A DNA stretch of 64,000 nucleotides, taken from NCBI GenBank assembly GCA_963729895.1, contig CAVSQB010000027.1:40761-104760 (forward strand), in the 5' to 3' direction. The notes under the pieces were generated by a model. The model saw only the letters and a program-made list of their open reading frames with translations, did not search any database and was not told where the DNA came from. This document shows positions 50,646 to 60,659 of the stretch, in pieces. Each line of letters begins with the position of its first letter. Position 1 is the first letter of the stretch. The stretch is from an uncultured Fibrobacterota bacterium (GTDB taxonomy: Bacteria > Fibrobacterota > Chitinivibrionia > Chitinivibrionales > FEN-1185). Made by a program: the position numbers and the translations under genes.

Positions 50646-50855
50646 GGAAAACAGTTGCTCCTTCCTGTCAAGAATGAATAGCGGGGTTTCCGTTCAAAAC
50701 ACGTTGACGGTTGATATATCCGGCATTTTTCGCTCGCCTCGATACACCGCTCGTCGAGCGGTCCCTTCTGACTACCGAGACGGGCGGCACCCGGCGAGCG
50801 ATGAAAAGTCGATTCTGAACGGATACCCTCCGGAGAACAATACGATGAATCAATG

Positions 50856-51497
50856 TTATTTCGCCTTTTCGGGAACGGAGTCCTTGACCGCGGGAGCGGC
50901 CGCCGGCTTGGGCGCGGCGGTTGCCACAAGAGTCACCTTTGTCATCACGATGGGCGTTTGCGGCACGTCCTGAAACATCCCCGAATTTCCCGTGGGCTCG
51001 TTTTCCATGGCCTTGACAATGGGCAGGCCGGACACCACCCTGCCGAACACGCAGTATCCCCACCCCTGGGCATCCTTGCTGCGGAAATTGAGAAATGCAT
51101 TGTCTTTGGTATTGATAAAAAACTGGGCCGTGGCGGAATTCGGATCGCCCGTGCGGGCCATGGCGAGCGTACCCAGGTCGTTCTTGAGCCCGTTGTCCGC
51201 CTCGTTGGGTACAGGCGGCCTGGTGGGCTTTTCGGTCATATCTTTTGTGAAGCCGCCGCCCTGGATCATGAAATTCTTGATAACGCGATGGAAAATGGTC
51301 CCGTCGTAGAATCCATCCTTGACATACTGGAGAACGTTCGCAACGGTCTTGGGGGCGGCCTTGGGGAAAAGCTCCACAACGATGGTCCCCTTGGTCGTCT
51401 CGATCTTAACACGGGGGTTTGCGGTACCGTCGGCGGCGTAGGACACAAACGATGCGGCGAGCAATGCAGCGGTTGCAATGGCAATCAGCTTGTTCAT
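50856..51497 (-). CDS. Cyclophilin-type peptidyl-prolyl isomerase
   Basis: AP.TVAN, FHRVI.NFMIQGGG, LAMART and SAT.QFFIN motifs with a signal peptide. Confidence 0.96.
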   Translation of the reverse strand: MNKLIAIATAALLAASFVSYAADGTANPRVKIETTKGTIVVELFPKAAPKTVANVLQYVKDGFYDGTIFHRVIKNFMIQGGGFTKDMTEKPTRPPVPNEADNGLKNDLGTLAMARTGDPNSATAQFFINTKDNAFLNFRSKDAQGWGYCVFGRVVSGLPIVKAMENEPTGNSGMFQDVPQTPIVMTKVTLVATAAPKPAAAPAVKDSVPEKAK

Positions 51498-51519
51498 GAA
51501 AGGCTCCTTGCGAATGATT

Positions 51520-51650
51520 GTTAATGGGTTAATGGGTTAATGCGTTAATGAGTTTGTGGGTTCAGCGGTCGCAGTCGTGGTTCTTCGAGGTTCTTCAATT
51601 CGGCCAATCTGTCAACCCATCAACTCTTCAACGCATTAACCCTTCAACAT
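51520..51650. repeat. Inverted pair of 8-bp microsatellite tracts
   Basis: (GTTAATGG)-type units at about 51520-51562 and complementary (AACCCATC/AACGCATT)-type units at about 51614-51650. Confidence 0.7.
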
Positions 51651-51659
51651 ACTTATTCT

Positions 51660-51944
51660 TCAATCCCACTTGAACGGCGACTCGTAGTCCCCTTCGATTT
51701 CCTCCGGCTTCTCCTTGGCGGTCTTGAATTTCTGTTCGATCTCCGCTTTGCGTTTCGCCTTCTCCTCCGCAGCCTTCTTGAACTTGTCTTCCCACTGGGA
51801 GCTCTTTTCCTTCTGCTGCTTCACGAAATCGTCAAAGCCGGTCTTCTGGTGGTCGGCCGACTTGTGGTCCACCACTTTGCCCGTGGATTGATCCACCCAG
51901 AGCGTGCCTTTGCACAGCGGACATTTGATTTCGAAAAGACTCAT
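51660..51944 (-). CDS. Small CxxC plus coiled-coil hypothetical protein
   Basis: CPLC...LWVD..TG.V, Lys/Glu-rich helix and terminal PFKWD. Confidence 0.75.
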   Translation of the reverse strand: MSLFEIKCPLCKGTLWVDQSTGKVVDHKSADHQKTGFDDFVKQQKEKSSQWEDKFKKAAEEKAKRKAEIEQKFKTAKEKPEEIEGDYESPFKWD

Positions 51945-52201
51945 GATGTGCCCCCGGTCGCGCGGCAAGAAAACAACGGCGCCCCCCTGAGCGGCCTGCA
52001 ATGCGCTCGCCATGGGATGTATAAAATAACTCCTGAATAATTTCGCTGCGGCAACATTCTTGTGCCGATCAAGATATTGCCTCACGCGCCGGCCGCGAAT
52101 TTATATTATCCTCGGTCTTCCCTAAGGAAAAAAAGCGGATTTTAGGATGGTCTGCTGCACGCCGCGCCATCCGTTCCCTGCGGCCCCGGTCGCTCCACGC
52201 T

Positions 52202-53062
52202 ATGCAAAATCAATCCGAACTTCCCTTTGAAGGGTTTAAGCAATTTGTGCAGGAACCGTTGGAGACCGGCGACCCCGTCTCCTTCGACCGTGTCAAGAGT
52301 ATTTTCCTTGACACTCCCGGCGCGCCGAACGATCCGTTCCGCATACTCATCCAACGGCTGGCGGGCAAGACCTACCGGGGCCGGGAAGCCCGCGACCACT
52401 GGCAGCGCATCCTTTCCCACAAGGAGAACATGCAGGCAAAGCTGGGACGGCGCGTCAGCATCAACGTGACGGCAGCCGACTATTTCGAGGTCATCGGGAA
52501 CTTTGACGGCCGGCCCGGGCAGGGTCCGGGGCCCGCCGGGCTGGAAACGCTCGACGGCGGGATCAACCGCGAGGAATGGATCAACCGCATTTACGCCCCG
52601 GGCCACCACGTGGAAAAACTCAAGGAAGAGATGCTCCGCGCCAAACGGTACCAGCACGCCCTGTCCGCAATACTGCTTGACGTTGACGAATTTCACAGGA
52701 TAAACCAGGATTTCTCATGTAAGGTCGGGGATGAAATTCTCACCGTAATCGTCAAAATCATCAAGAAGATCATCCGGGCGGTCGATATTCTCGCCAGATA
52801 CTCCGGCGACCGGTTCCTCCTTATTCTTCCCAATACGAACAAGCGGGAAGCCTCCGAGCTGGCGGAGAGGCTTCGAAGCAACATTCAAGAGCGCACAAAG
52901 CGCATCAAGGGCCTGGCGGTGGGAGTAACTGCCACGCTTGCGGTGGGCCAGTCGTCCCACGACGACAAATCCGCGGAATTCATGAAATCGCTCGAAAACA
53001 CCCTTGAAGAAGGCAAGAAGAAAGGGCGCAATGCGGTGTACGTGTGCGAGGGCTGTTCGTAG
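52202..53062 (+). CDS. GGDEF-domain protein with degenerate active site
   Basis: LDVD.F..IN......GD.IL and R.VD..ARYSGDRF motifs. Confidence 0.85.
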   Translation: MQNQSELPFEGFKQFVQEPLETGDPVSFDRVKSIFLDTPGAPNDPFRILIQRLAGKTYRGREARDHWQRILSHKENMQAKLGRRVSINVTAADYFEVIGNFDGRPGQGPGPAGLETLDGGINREEWINRIYAPGHHVEKLKEEMLRAKRYQHALSAILLDVDEFHRINQDFSCKVGDEILTVIVKIIKKIIRAVDILARYSGDRFLLILPNTNKREASELAERLRSNIQERTKRIKGLAVGVTATLAVGQSSHDDKSAEFMKSLENTLEEGKKKGRNAVYVCEGCS

Positions 53063-53148
53063 CGGATTTCTTTTTCATTTTCCGCCTCCATGATTTTGAT
53101 TATATTACTGTGTTGAATTTTCTCCCCTCAAATCAGGGCGGTGCTGTT

Positions 53149-53493
53149 ATGGATATTGGCGGCCGGGAAAGCAACAAGTTCCATATCATCGATGTGGTGG
53201 GAAAAATCGACAGGCTCAAGGATTCGATTATTCTCAAGTCCTACATCAACACGCTTCTCGAGAAGAATCTCCTGAAGATCGCGCTGAATCTTTCCCAGGT
53301 GACCTATCTCGACAGCGGCGCGCTCAACGTGCTCATCTACAGCCACAACACCCTCAAAAAACGCGACGGACTGCTTGTCATTATAGAACCGAATGAATAC
53401 GTCAAGGACGTGCTCGACGTTGTCGGACTTAACAAACTGGTCAAAATCTACGCGACCGAGGAGGAATTCGAGAATGAAACGAAACATTCTTAA
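53149..53493 (+). CDS. STAS anti-sigma-factor antagonist
   Basis: L.QV.YLDSGAL motif and V..VL...GL. Confidence 0.9.
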   Translation: MDIGGRESNKFHIIDVVGKIDRLKDSIILKSYINTLLEKNLLKIALNLSQVTYLDSGALNVLIYSHNTLKKRDGLLVIIEPNEYVKDVLDVVGLNKLVKIYATEEEFENETKHS

Positions 53494-53821
53494 TGCCCTG
53501 GTCTTATTCGCGGTTGTGTGTGCGGCGGGCGGCTGCTTCATGAAGCCCTTTATCAAACCAAACCAGGAAAAAATCGATCAGTACGTGCAAAACCACCCTG
53601 ACCTTCCCGATCTCGACAAGCAATGCATCTACGACGGCAGGTTCGAGATCGGCATGAAAGTGGAAACCCTGGAATTCCTGCTTGAAAAGCCGGACAAACT
53701 TGAAATTGTCAAGCAACCCTGGGCAACGCAGGAAAACTGGATCTACTACAAGAACGGCAAGAAGACGTTCATCATCGAAGAGAAACACGTGGTAGGCATT
53801 CTGGAAACGGCGAAAAAATAA
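53474..53821 (+). CDS. Small lipoprotein
   Basis: Lipobox AGGC and IGM......L..P...W.Y fold resembling SmpA/OmlA-like domains. Confidence 0.7.
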   Translation: MKRNILNALVLFAVVCAAGGCFMKPFIKPNQEKIDQYVQNHPDLPDLDKQCIYDGRFEIGMKVETLEFLLEKPDKLEIVKQPWATQENWIYYKNGKKTFIIEEKHVVGILETAKK

Positions 53822-53887
53822 CCGCGGTTCCATCCTCTTGAAAAACCAAGGCGAGAAAATCCTCTCGCCTTTTTCATTTGAAAGGGA

Positions 53888-54523
53888 GTGTTCGTGCACC
53901 TGTTCGACATCGTGTGCGGTTGTGCGGCGATTCTCTTTGTTGTTCTCGGGATCAAGCGCGGGTTTGTGGAAGAGGTCGTCCGCGTCGTTGCCGTGGTGGG
54001 CGCCTTCTTTGCCGGCCTTTCGCTGTACCGCCGGGGCGCCGGGTACCTTGGGTTTTTGCACCTGAACGGAGCGGCGGTCTCGGTTATCGCGTTCCTGGTG
54101 ATATTTCTCGCCTCCGTGTTGGCGATTGCTCTGGCGGGCATTGTCATCAAGAAAATTGTGCACCTGACGGTGCTCGGCTGGATCGACCGCGTGTGCGGCG
54201 GCGCACTTGGGTTTGTGAAGGTCTTCTTCATCGTGTGGATCGTGGTCATGACCGTTGCCTCGCTCCCGTTCGACGGGATCAAGGCCTGGTTCAGGCCGTC
54301 CAGGTTCTATTCTTTCTTCATGGTAATTTCGCCCGTGCTGCGCGCCCGGGGTCTCGTGCCGGCAACCGGGCCCGTCCAAGACATTCTGAAGGCAAACCCG
54401 ATTCCTGCAATTACCAAGGCCCTCAAGAATGCCGCGTCGGCGGGTGATTCGGCGATTAGAAAACAGCAGGGCGCGCCTGTAAAGAAATCATCCAAACCGG
54501 CCACGTCCTCTTCCGCCAAGTGA
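53888..54523 (+). CDS. CvpA-family membrane protein
   Basis: G.KRGFV.E and LGWIDR..GG.LG..K motifs. Confidence 0.9.
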   Translation: MFVHLFDIVCGCAAILFVVLGIKRGFVEEVVRVVAVVGAFFAGLSLYRRGAGYLGFLHLNGAAVSVIAFLVIFLASVLAIALAGIVIKKIVHLTVLGWIDRVCGGALGFVKVFFIVWIVVMTVASLPFDGIKAWFRPSRFYSFFMVISPVLRARGLVPATGPVQDILKANPIPAITKALKNAASAGDSAIRKQQGAPVKKSSKPATSSSAK

Positions 54524-55353
54524 GGTTCGGCATGGAACCGTTGCGTGCGGTCGTTTCGGTTATGCTTGGGCTTGTGCTGGGGTCTTTCTTCAACGTCATT
54601 ATCTACCGCGTGCCCCGCCGCCAATCGATAGTCCACCCCGGTTCGCATTGTCCGAAATGCAACAGGCCTATCAGGGCGTGGGAAAATATACCCGTCCTCA
54701 GTTACGTGTTCCTCGGCGGGAAATGCTCCGGTTGCAAGGCACGCATCCCGATTTTCTACCCCCTTGTGGAACTGGCTACCGGCTTTGCGGGAATCGCCCT
54801 GTACCTGTTTCTCATCGCGCCCGCACTTGCCAGATTCCATTCCCCCGTCATGATGGCCACCAGTATCCTGCAGTCGCTGATTCTTCTCATCGTGATTCCC
54901 ATAACGGTCATCGATATCTTCCATTTTCTTATTCCCGATGTCCTCACCCTTCCCGCGCTGGCGCTGGCGATCGTCTGTGCATTCCTGCCGGGCGGCATCA
55001 CCCCGTTGCAATGCGGCCTCGGCATTATTGCCGGCGGCGGATTCCTGTATTGCGCCGGGTTCCTCGGCGAACGAGTGCTGAGAAGGGGGAACGCCATGGG
55101 GTTCGGCGACGTGAAACTCATGGCGCTCGTGGGTGCGGCGTTCGGCTGGAAAACCGCGTTCCTGACCATCGTGCTGAGCGCATTCACCGGGTCTATCGTA
55201 GGAATCGCGCTTCTTGTCCATGGAAAGCTGTCCAAAGACCACAAGATCCCGTTCGGCCCTTTTCTGTCCCTGGGGCTGTGGACAACTGTTTTTTTCGGCG
55301 ACACGTTGATTTCGACCTATTGGGCATTCGTCGGCAGGATTATCGGTCACTGA
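54520..55353 (+). CDS. pilD: Prepilin peptidase / N-methyltransferase (A24)
   Basis: GSFFNVIIYR.P, S.CP.C, G.C..C, MG.GDVKL and IPFGPFL motifs. Confidence 0.95.
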   Translation: MRFGMEPLRAVVSVMLGLVLGSFFNVIIYRVPRRQSIVHPGSHCPKCNRPIRAWENIPVLSYVFLGGKCSGCKARIPIFYPLVELATGFAGIALYLFLIAPALARFHSPVMMATSILQSLILLIVIPITVIDIFHFLIPDVLTLPALALAIVCAFLPGGITPLQCGLGIIAGGGFLYCAGFLGERVLRRGNAMGFGDVKLMALVGAAFGWKTAFLTIVLSAFTGSIVGIALLVHGKLSKDHKIPFGPFLSLGLWTTVFFGDTLISTYWAFVGRIIGH

Positions 55354-55363
55354 ACTTTTCCCC

Positions 55364-56722
55364 ATGACAGGCACAAAAGCGTCACCCCACATCCTCGGCG
55401 GAGTAGACGTCGGGTCACCGTTTCTTCGCCAGGCTCTTCTCTGCAGCCTTGCCGACGGCATGCTGTGCTCGGTGATGGTTGCCCTTGCGGACACATTTTC
55501 CGTTGCCGCGGCCGTGCGCCTGAGGGCGCCCGCAATGACCATTGCGCTGCTCGGCAGCGGACCGCTCCTGGTCGGTTCGGTGGGCCAGTTCTTCCTGCCG
55601 CTCTTTCTTGACAAGAAGCATACCCGCAAACGCTACGTGGTCTCGAGCGTGCGCGTCCAGGCGACGTTTCTGATGCTGGCGGGGCTCACGGGTTTCCTGC
55701 CCGCGCCGCTCAATGCCTGGGCGTATGTTTTCGCGTTCGTGCTGTACGGCTCATCGGGGAACCTCTTTGCGGGAATCTGGACGTCGTGGCTGCGCGATTG
55801 CGTGCCCCCGGGCGTGCGGGGAAGGCACTTTGCATGGCGCAACAGGTTTTTCTCCCTTACGCAACTGCTCTGTGCAATTACCGCCGGGGTCCTTTCGCGG
55901 AAGTATAGCTCCCAAAACGCGCCGTGGGCGTTCTTTACCGTCATTTTTTTCGTGGGAAGCCTGTTCAGGTTCGGTTCGGGCCAGTTTCTTTCATGGCAAA
56001 ACGATCCGGAACCGTCGAACCTGCCCGACCGCTCGCAGGTGCTCGGGTTCAAGCCTTCGGCAAACTTTCTCTGGTTTTGCGCGTCGGTGGCTTTCCTGCA
56101 GGGAACCACGGCCCTTGCGGGCCCGTTTTTTAACGTGTGGTTTTTGCGGGACCTCAAGTTTGACTTCCTGGTTTTTACCATCGCGTCCGCGTCCATGATT
56201 GTCGGCACAATTGCATTTCTGCCGCTGTGGGGGCGGCTTATCGACGCGACCGGGACCGCGCGCGTCCTTCGCATAACAGCGCTCATGTGCGCGTTTGTGC
56301 CCGTGCCCTACCTTTTTGGTACGTCCCCGCTCCTGGTGTGGCTGTCCAATTTCTATTCGGGAATGGCGTGGGGCGGGTTCAACATTGCGAATGTCAATTA
56401 TCTGCTTCACATAACGGAGAAAGAAAACAAGGACCACTACATCGGCTTCGCCGCCGCCGTAACCGCGGTTTCAATGTTCACGTTCAGCCTGCTGGGCGGC
56501 TTTCTTTCGTCCAGGTTGCCGGTGCTGTTTTCGTTTCAACTCCAGACCTTGTTCTTTGTGTCGTTTGCGGCGCGGCTCATTGTGGTCCTCTTCTTCTACA
56601 GGAAATTCCGCCAGCCCCGGATGCGCGTTGGGGCGGGCGCCGTCGAACTTGTCAACGAGTCGGGATGGCATAAGGCCGGGATGGAAAGTATCCGGCAGGT
56701 GTTCAGGCCGGTAAGGAAGTGA
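55364..56722 (+). CDS. MFS transporter
   Basis: About 12 hydrophobic segments, W..W..D.VP...RGR.F..R and WGRL.D..G. Confidence 0.88.
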   Translation: MTGTKASPHILGGVDVGSPFLRQALLCSLADGMLCSVMVALADTFSVAAAVRLRAPAMTIALLGSGPLLVGSVGQFFLPLFLDKKHTRKRYVVSSVRVQATFLMLAGLTGFLPAPLNAWAYVFAFVLYGSSGNLFAGIWTSWLRDCVPPGVRGRHFAWRNRFFSLTQLLCAITAGVLSRKYSSQNAPWAFFTVIFFVGSLFRFGSGQFLSWQNDPEPSNLPDRSQVLGFKPSANFLWFCASVAFLQGTTALAGPFFNVWFLRDLKFDFLVFTIASASMIVGTIAFLPLWGRLIDATGTARVLRITALMCAFVPVPYLFGTSPLLVWLSNFYSGMAWGGFNIANVNYLLHITEKENKDHYIGFAAAVTAVSMFTFSLLGGFLSSRLPVLFSFQLQTLFFVSFAARLIVVLFFYRKFRQPRMRVGAGAVELVNESGWHKAGMESIRQVFRPVRK

Positions 56723-56853
56723 ACCGTCTGAGGTTTCGTTTGTTACAAGGACAGGTGTTGGGCGCGGCGCGCCCTCCGGATCAGTTGGCTTTTTGCCAGC
56801 CAACTGCAAAAATGCCTTGACTTTTTTTCAGAGCAATGGTAATTTGCCGGTAT

Positions 56854-57972
56854 ATGGAACGAGCGCAGGCTTCGTATATTCTAAAAGATTTGAAGAAAAA
56901 AATGGTTTTCCTCATTGGCCCGCGCCAGGTGGGGAAAACATGGCTTGCAAAAAGAATCTCGGAAGAGTATGAAAAGCCGATGTACCTCAATTATGACAGA
57001 CTCGAAGACAGGAAATTGATAAAGGACGAAGCCTGGCCGGAAACGGCCGACCTTCTGATTTTCGACGAAATACACAAGATGCCGGAATGGAAGAATTATG
57101 TAAAAGGAATTTACGATACAAAACCTCAAACGCTCCACCTGTTGGTGACCGGCAGCGCGCGCCTGGACACCTTTAGGCAGGCCGGCGATTCACTGGCAGG
57201 GAGGTTTTTCAGACACCGCCTTTTTCCGCTTTCGTACAAGGAATTGCCCGACAAGAAGGCAGATTCGATTGACCGGCTCATGACTCGCGGCGGTTTCCCC
57301 GAGCCGTTCACGGCAGATGATGATGTGGACGCCGACCGCTGGCGGCAGCAGTATGTTGACGGCCTTGTGAGAACTGACGTTCTTGATTTTGAGCGGATCC
57401 ACGATCTGCGCACGATGCAGACCGTTGTGGAGTTGCTGCGGCGATGCGTCGGCTCGCCGGTATCATACAATTCAATTGCGGAGGACGTACAGGCGTCGCC
57501 GACCACCATCATGCGATACGTTGAGATCCTGGAAGCGCTTTTTATCGTCTTCAGGATAACGCCCTATTCACGGAACATCGCGCGTTCATTACTCAAGGAG
57601 CCCAAGATCTATTTCTATGATACGGGTATGGTGATCGGGGGCGAGGGTGCGCGGTTTGAAAACATGGTCGCGGTATGCCTCTACAAACATGCGTGCGGCG
57701 TATCCGATTTTCTGGGCAAACAGGCCGACCTGAAATACATACGCACGAGGGACGGCGAAGAAGTTGACTTCTGCATCATCCAAGACGAGCAGCCACTGCA
57801 CATCGTGGAAGTGAAGGCCGGCGGCAGGGATTTCGGAACTTCCTTGAAAAAAATTCATGCAAAATACGGCCTTCCCGCAGTTGCCGTGATAAGGAACCTC
57901 AGGAGGGAATTCAGGGAAGACGGCATTCCGGTTGTACCGGCCGCCCAGTTCCTCAACGGATTGTTCCTCTAA
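56854..57972 (+). CDS. AAA_14/DUF4143 ATP-binding protein
   Basis: GPRQVGKT, FDEIH, TGSA, SLAGR, GGFP, K.YFYDTG and EVDF...EVK motifs. Confidence 0.92.
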   Translation: MERAQASYILKDLKKKMVFLIGPRQVGKTWLAKRISEEYEKPMYLNYDRLEDRKLIKDEAWPETADLLIFDEIHKMPEWKNYVKGIYDTKPQTLHLLVTGSARLDTFRQAGDSLAGRFFRHRLFPLSYKELPDKKADSIDRLMTRGGFPEPFTADDDVDADRWRQQYVDGLVRTDVLDFERIHDLRTMQTVVELLRRCVGSPVSYNSIAEDVQASPTTIMRYVEILEALFIVFRITPYSRNIARSLLKEPKIYFYDTGMVIGGEGARFENMVAVCLYKHACGVSDFLGKQADLKYIRTRDGEEVDFCIIQDEQPLHIVEVKAGGRDFGTSLKKIHAKYGLPAVAVIRNLRREFREDGIPVVPAAQFLNGLFL

Positions 57973-57993
57973 GGGGCGCAATCGAGTCTGTCC

Positions 57994-58503
57994 ATGAGGC
58001 ATAGTGATCCCATGCCATGGTATTTCCGCCTCCTTGTCGGCCGGTCGCCGCGGAGAACGCTCGTTCGCACCGCGATGGTGGCCGTTATCGCCGTTATCGT
58101 TTTCAGGTACTTCCTGATCCCCATCCACCTGGCGGGCAAGAGCATGGAGCCTGCGTATAGAGACGGATCGGTGAACATCGTCAACACGTTCAGCTACAGG
58201 TTCAGCTCGCCGCATCGCGGCGACGTTGTGGCGATCCGGATGGCCGGGACCCGGGTGATGCTCTTCAAACGGATCGTGGGCCTGCCGGGCGAGCGAATAG
58301 GCTTTCGTCAAGGAGTACTGATTGTTGACGGCCGGGAATGGCCGGAGCCCTATGTGGTGTACCGCGCGAAATGGAACATGCCGGAGGTGACGGTGGGCGA
58401 TAGCGAGTATTTTGTGGTTGGAGACAACCGCGGCACGGCCATAGAGGGCCATGCGCTCGGCCGGGTGGACAAACGAAGGATCGTAGGAGGGCCGTTGTTT
58501 TGA
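57994..58503 (+). CDS. lepB: Signal peptidase I
   Basis: G.SMEP, RGDVV, KRIVGLPGE and FV.GDNR motifs. Confidence 0.9.
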   Translation: MRHSDPMPWYFRLLVGRSPRRTLVRTAMVAVIAVIVFRYFLIPIHLAGKSMEPAYRDGSVNIVNTFSYRFSSPHRGDVVAIRMAGTRVMLFKRIVGLPGERIGFRQGVLIVDGREWPEPYVVYRAKWNMPEVTVGDSEYFVVGDNRGTAIEGHALGRVDKRRIVGGPLF

Positions 58504-59009
58504 GGATAACGGGAAAAGCAGTTGTTATTATTGTCCTGATCGCGGCCGCGGCTGTGGCGGCGTGGCTCGTGACCCGGGACCGGGACCAGCACCGCATCAG
58601 GAAGAACCTCGACCGTCTGGCTGCCGCCGTGCACAAGCCGCGGGGCGCGGTTATCGAAGGCATGGACCTTTTCAAGCGCGTCGCAATCGTCCAGTCGCTG
58701 TTCACCACGGATTGTGTGATTTCGGCCGGCGAGCCTGCTCCGGAAATGAAAGGAACGGACGAGCTGTGCGCCCTATTTGCCCAGGGAATCAAGACGGTGA
58801 AGGAACTGAAGATCCTGTTCAAGGACGTGTCGGTGACCGTGGCGCCCGACCATCTGAGTGCAGCGGTCACCATGACCGTGGAAGCGATCGGCGAGGACTT
58901 TTCGGAAGGCACCAGGAAATTTGACGCGAGAGAAGTCGAAGTGGCATGGAAAAAGATCGAGGGCAAGTGGAAGATAGCGGCGGTGAAAGAGGTTCAGACG
59001 CTGCATTAA
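58500..59009 (+). CDS. Membrane-anchored NTF2-like protein
   Basis: N-terminal TM and terminal K..G.WKI. Overlaps the lepB stop codon. Confidence 0.65.
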   Translation: MRITGKAVVIIVLIAAAAVAAWLVTRDRDQHRIRKNLDRLAAAVHKPRGAVIEGMDLFKRVAIVQSLFTTDCVISAGEPAPEMKGTDELCALFAQGIKTVKELKILFKDVSVTVAPDHLSAAVTMTVEAIGEDFSEGTRKFDAREVEVAWKKIEGKWKIAAVKEVQTLH

Positions 59010-59435
59010 GACAAGATAATATTTTTGTTTGCTGAGCCGGTGCGACGTGGATGTACCCGTGGCAATATAAAGATAGTCATTCGGGCGCCCCGTCCCCACC
59101 GGGACGGCGGCCTCCTTCCACGCTCGGCCGGTCGGCCTCGGTACCGCCTGTCCCTACCGCCTTCGGCTGGGGATCAGGCGGTACTGCGCTTTAGCGCACG
59201 TTCCAGTCCGGCCTGGCGCTTGGCAGTAGAGCAATTCCACAATTGTCAACTTCTTCTATGAGATAATGCATAAAAGACTTTCCCTGTTCAGCAACACCTC
59301 GTGGGTGCCCCACAGCTAAAGGTTGGATTCTTGCATATCAATCATCTATGGGGTCACCCGGCTCAGCCATCCACATGCATTTGATTATCGATTTGATAAT
59401 CGATATTTCCGGCACAGCTATCCAAAAGCATTTTG
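59010..59435. repeat. Modular intergenic element L8
   Basis: Repeat at 59030, core at about 59082-59260 and right arm at 59294-59435. Confidence 0.88.
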
Positions 59436-59470
59436 ATTTTCTTTACGCATTGTTGCGCGCCTTACCGCCG

Positions 59471-59499
59471 TTGACAATACCGGCAAGATGCCGTATACT
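59471..59499 (+). promoter_or_regulatory. sigma70 promoter
   Basis: TTGACA-17 nt-TATACT, 45 nt before the ATG. Confidence 0.75.
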
Positions 59500-59543
59500 C
59501 TCAAGTGAGGTACAGCACAGGAAGTACAGGGAAGGCAAGGACC

Positions 59544-60602
59544 ATGCACGAGAGCGCCATAGAACAACAGCGGAAGCATGTATTGCTCCGGATTTTATTT
59601 CTGCTGTGCCTTGCCGTTCACGCACTCCTGTTTGTTTTATTCATCTTCCTGCAGCTACCTGTCCTCTGGATTCTCAATATTTCCATTTGCGGCCTTTTCC
59701 TATTGAATTTCCAGCTCCTTCAGAAAAAACAGTATCTCGTATCGCTGCAGCTTGCCATTTTCGCGATAACGCTCCATTCCATTGTCGCCTCATGCCTTCT
59801 GGGCTGGACAAGTTATTTCGGGCTTTACCTCCTGGCTTCCGTGGTAATCGTTTTCAACTCGTATTCCCTTACGTTGAAGCTGAAGGTTCGTGAGGTGACG
59901 TTCATTTCCGCTTGTTTTGTTGCGTTGTTCGTTCTGACACGAAAGGGTTTCTGCATATTTCCGATTAATCCCGTCGTCCTCGATATCGTCGGATTATGCA
60001 ACATAGCGGCCGTGGTGTCTTTGCTTGCCTTGTTGTCGCTCCTCACCGTCAAGGAAAACGACCAGTTAAAGAAAAGGCTGGAAGAAATGTCGGATCTTGA
60101 CGAACTGACCGGGGCCTATAACCGGAGATTTTTCAACAAATACCTCGACTTGGAAATCAGGCGCAATGCAAGCCACATCAAGTACCGGTCGCCGCGGGAA
60201 GTCAATTTCGGCCTCGCGATTCTGGATCTGGACGATTTCAAGCACATCAACGATACGTACGGACACCTGGAAGGCGATACGGTCCTTACCGAGGTGGCCC
60301 GGGTCATAAAATCATCGTTGTTCGAGCGGGACATTCTATGCCGCTACGGCGGAGAAGAATTCGTAATCCTCTTTACAGCCACTCCGAGGGACGGAGCAAT
60401 CTATGCGGTTGAGAAAATCCGAAGGTTCGTAGAGGACCTCCACATTCAATTGGACAAGACGGCGCCCCCAATTTGCGTCACGATCAGCATCGGTTTTGCC
60501 AGCTTTGACGAGGCGTCCGACATTTACAAACTCCTTGCGCTCGCAGATAAGCGGCTTTATAATGCCAAAAACAGGGGAAAGAACCAGGTGGTCAGCGGCT
60601 GA
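59544..60602 (+). CDS. Membrane diguanylate cyclase
   Basis: 5-6 TM segments, DELTG.YNRR, DLDDFK.IND.YGH..GD and RYGGEEF. Confidence 0.93.
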   Translation: MHESAIEQQRKHVLLRILFLLCLAVHALLFVLFIFLQLPVLWILNISICGLFLLNFQLLQKKQYLVSLQLAIFAITLHSIVASCLLGWTSYFGLYLLASVVIVFNSYSLTLKLKVREVTFISACFVALFVLTRKGFCIFPINPVVLDIVGLCNIAAVVSLLALLSLLTVKENDQLKKRLEEMSDLDELTGAYNRRFFNKYLDLEIRRNASHIKYRSPREVNFGLAILDLDDFKHINDTYGHLEGDTVLTEVARVIKSSLFERDILCRYGGEEFVILFTATPRDGAIYAVEKIRRFVEDLHIQLDKTAPPICVTISIGFASFDEASDIYKLLALADKRLYNAKNRGKNQVVSG

Positions 60603-60659
60603 ACGCGTGCGGTACTAGCAAGATAAGAATCTGGGTACCCCGCCGCTACAAGATAAAAG

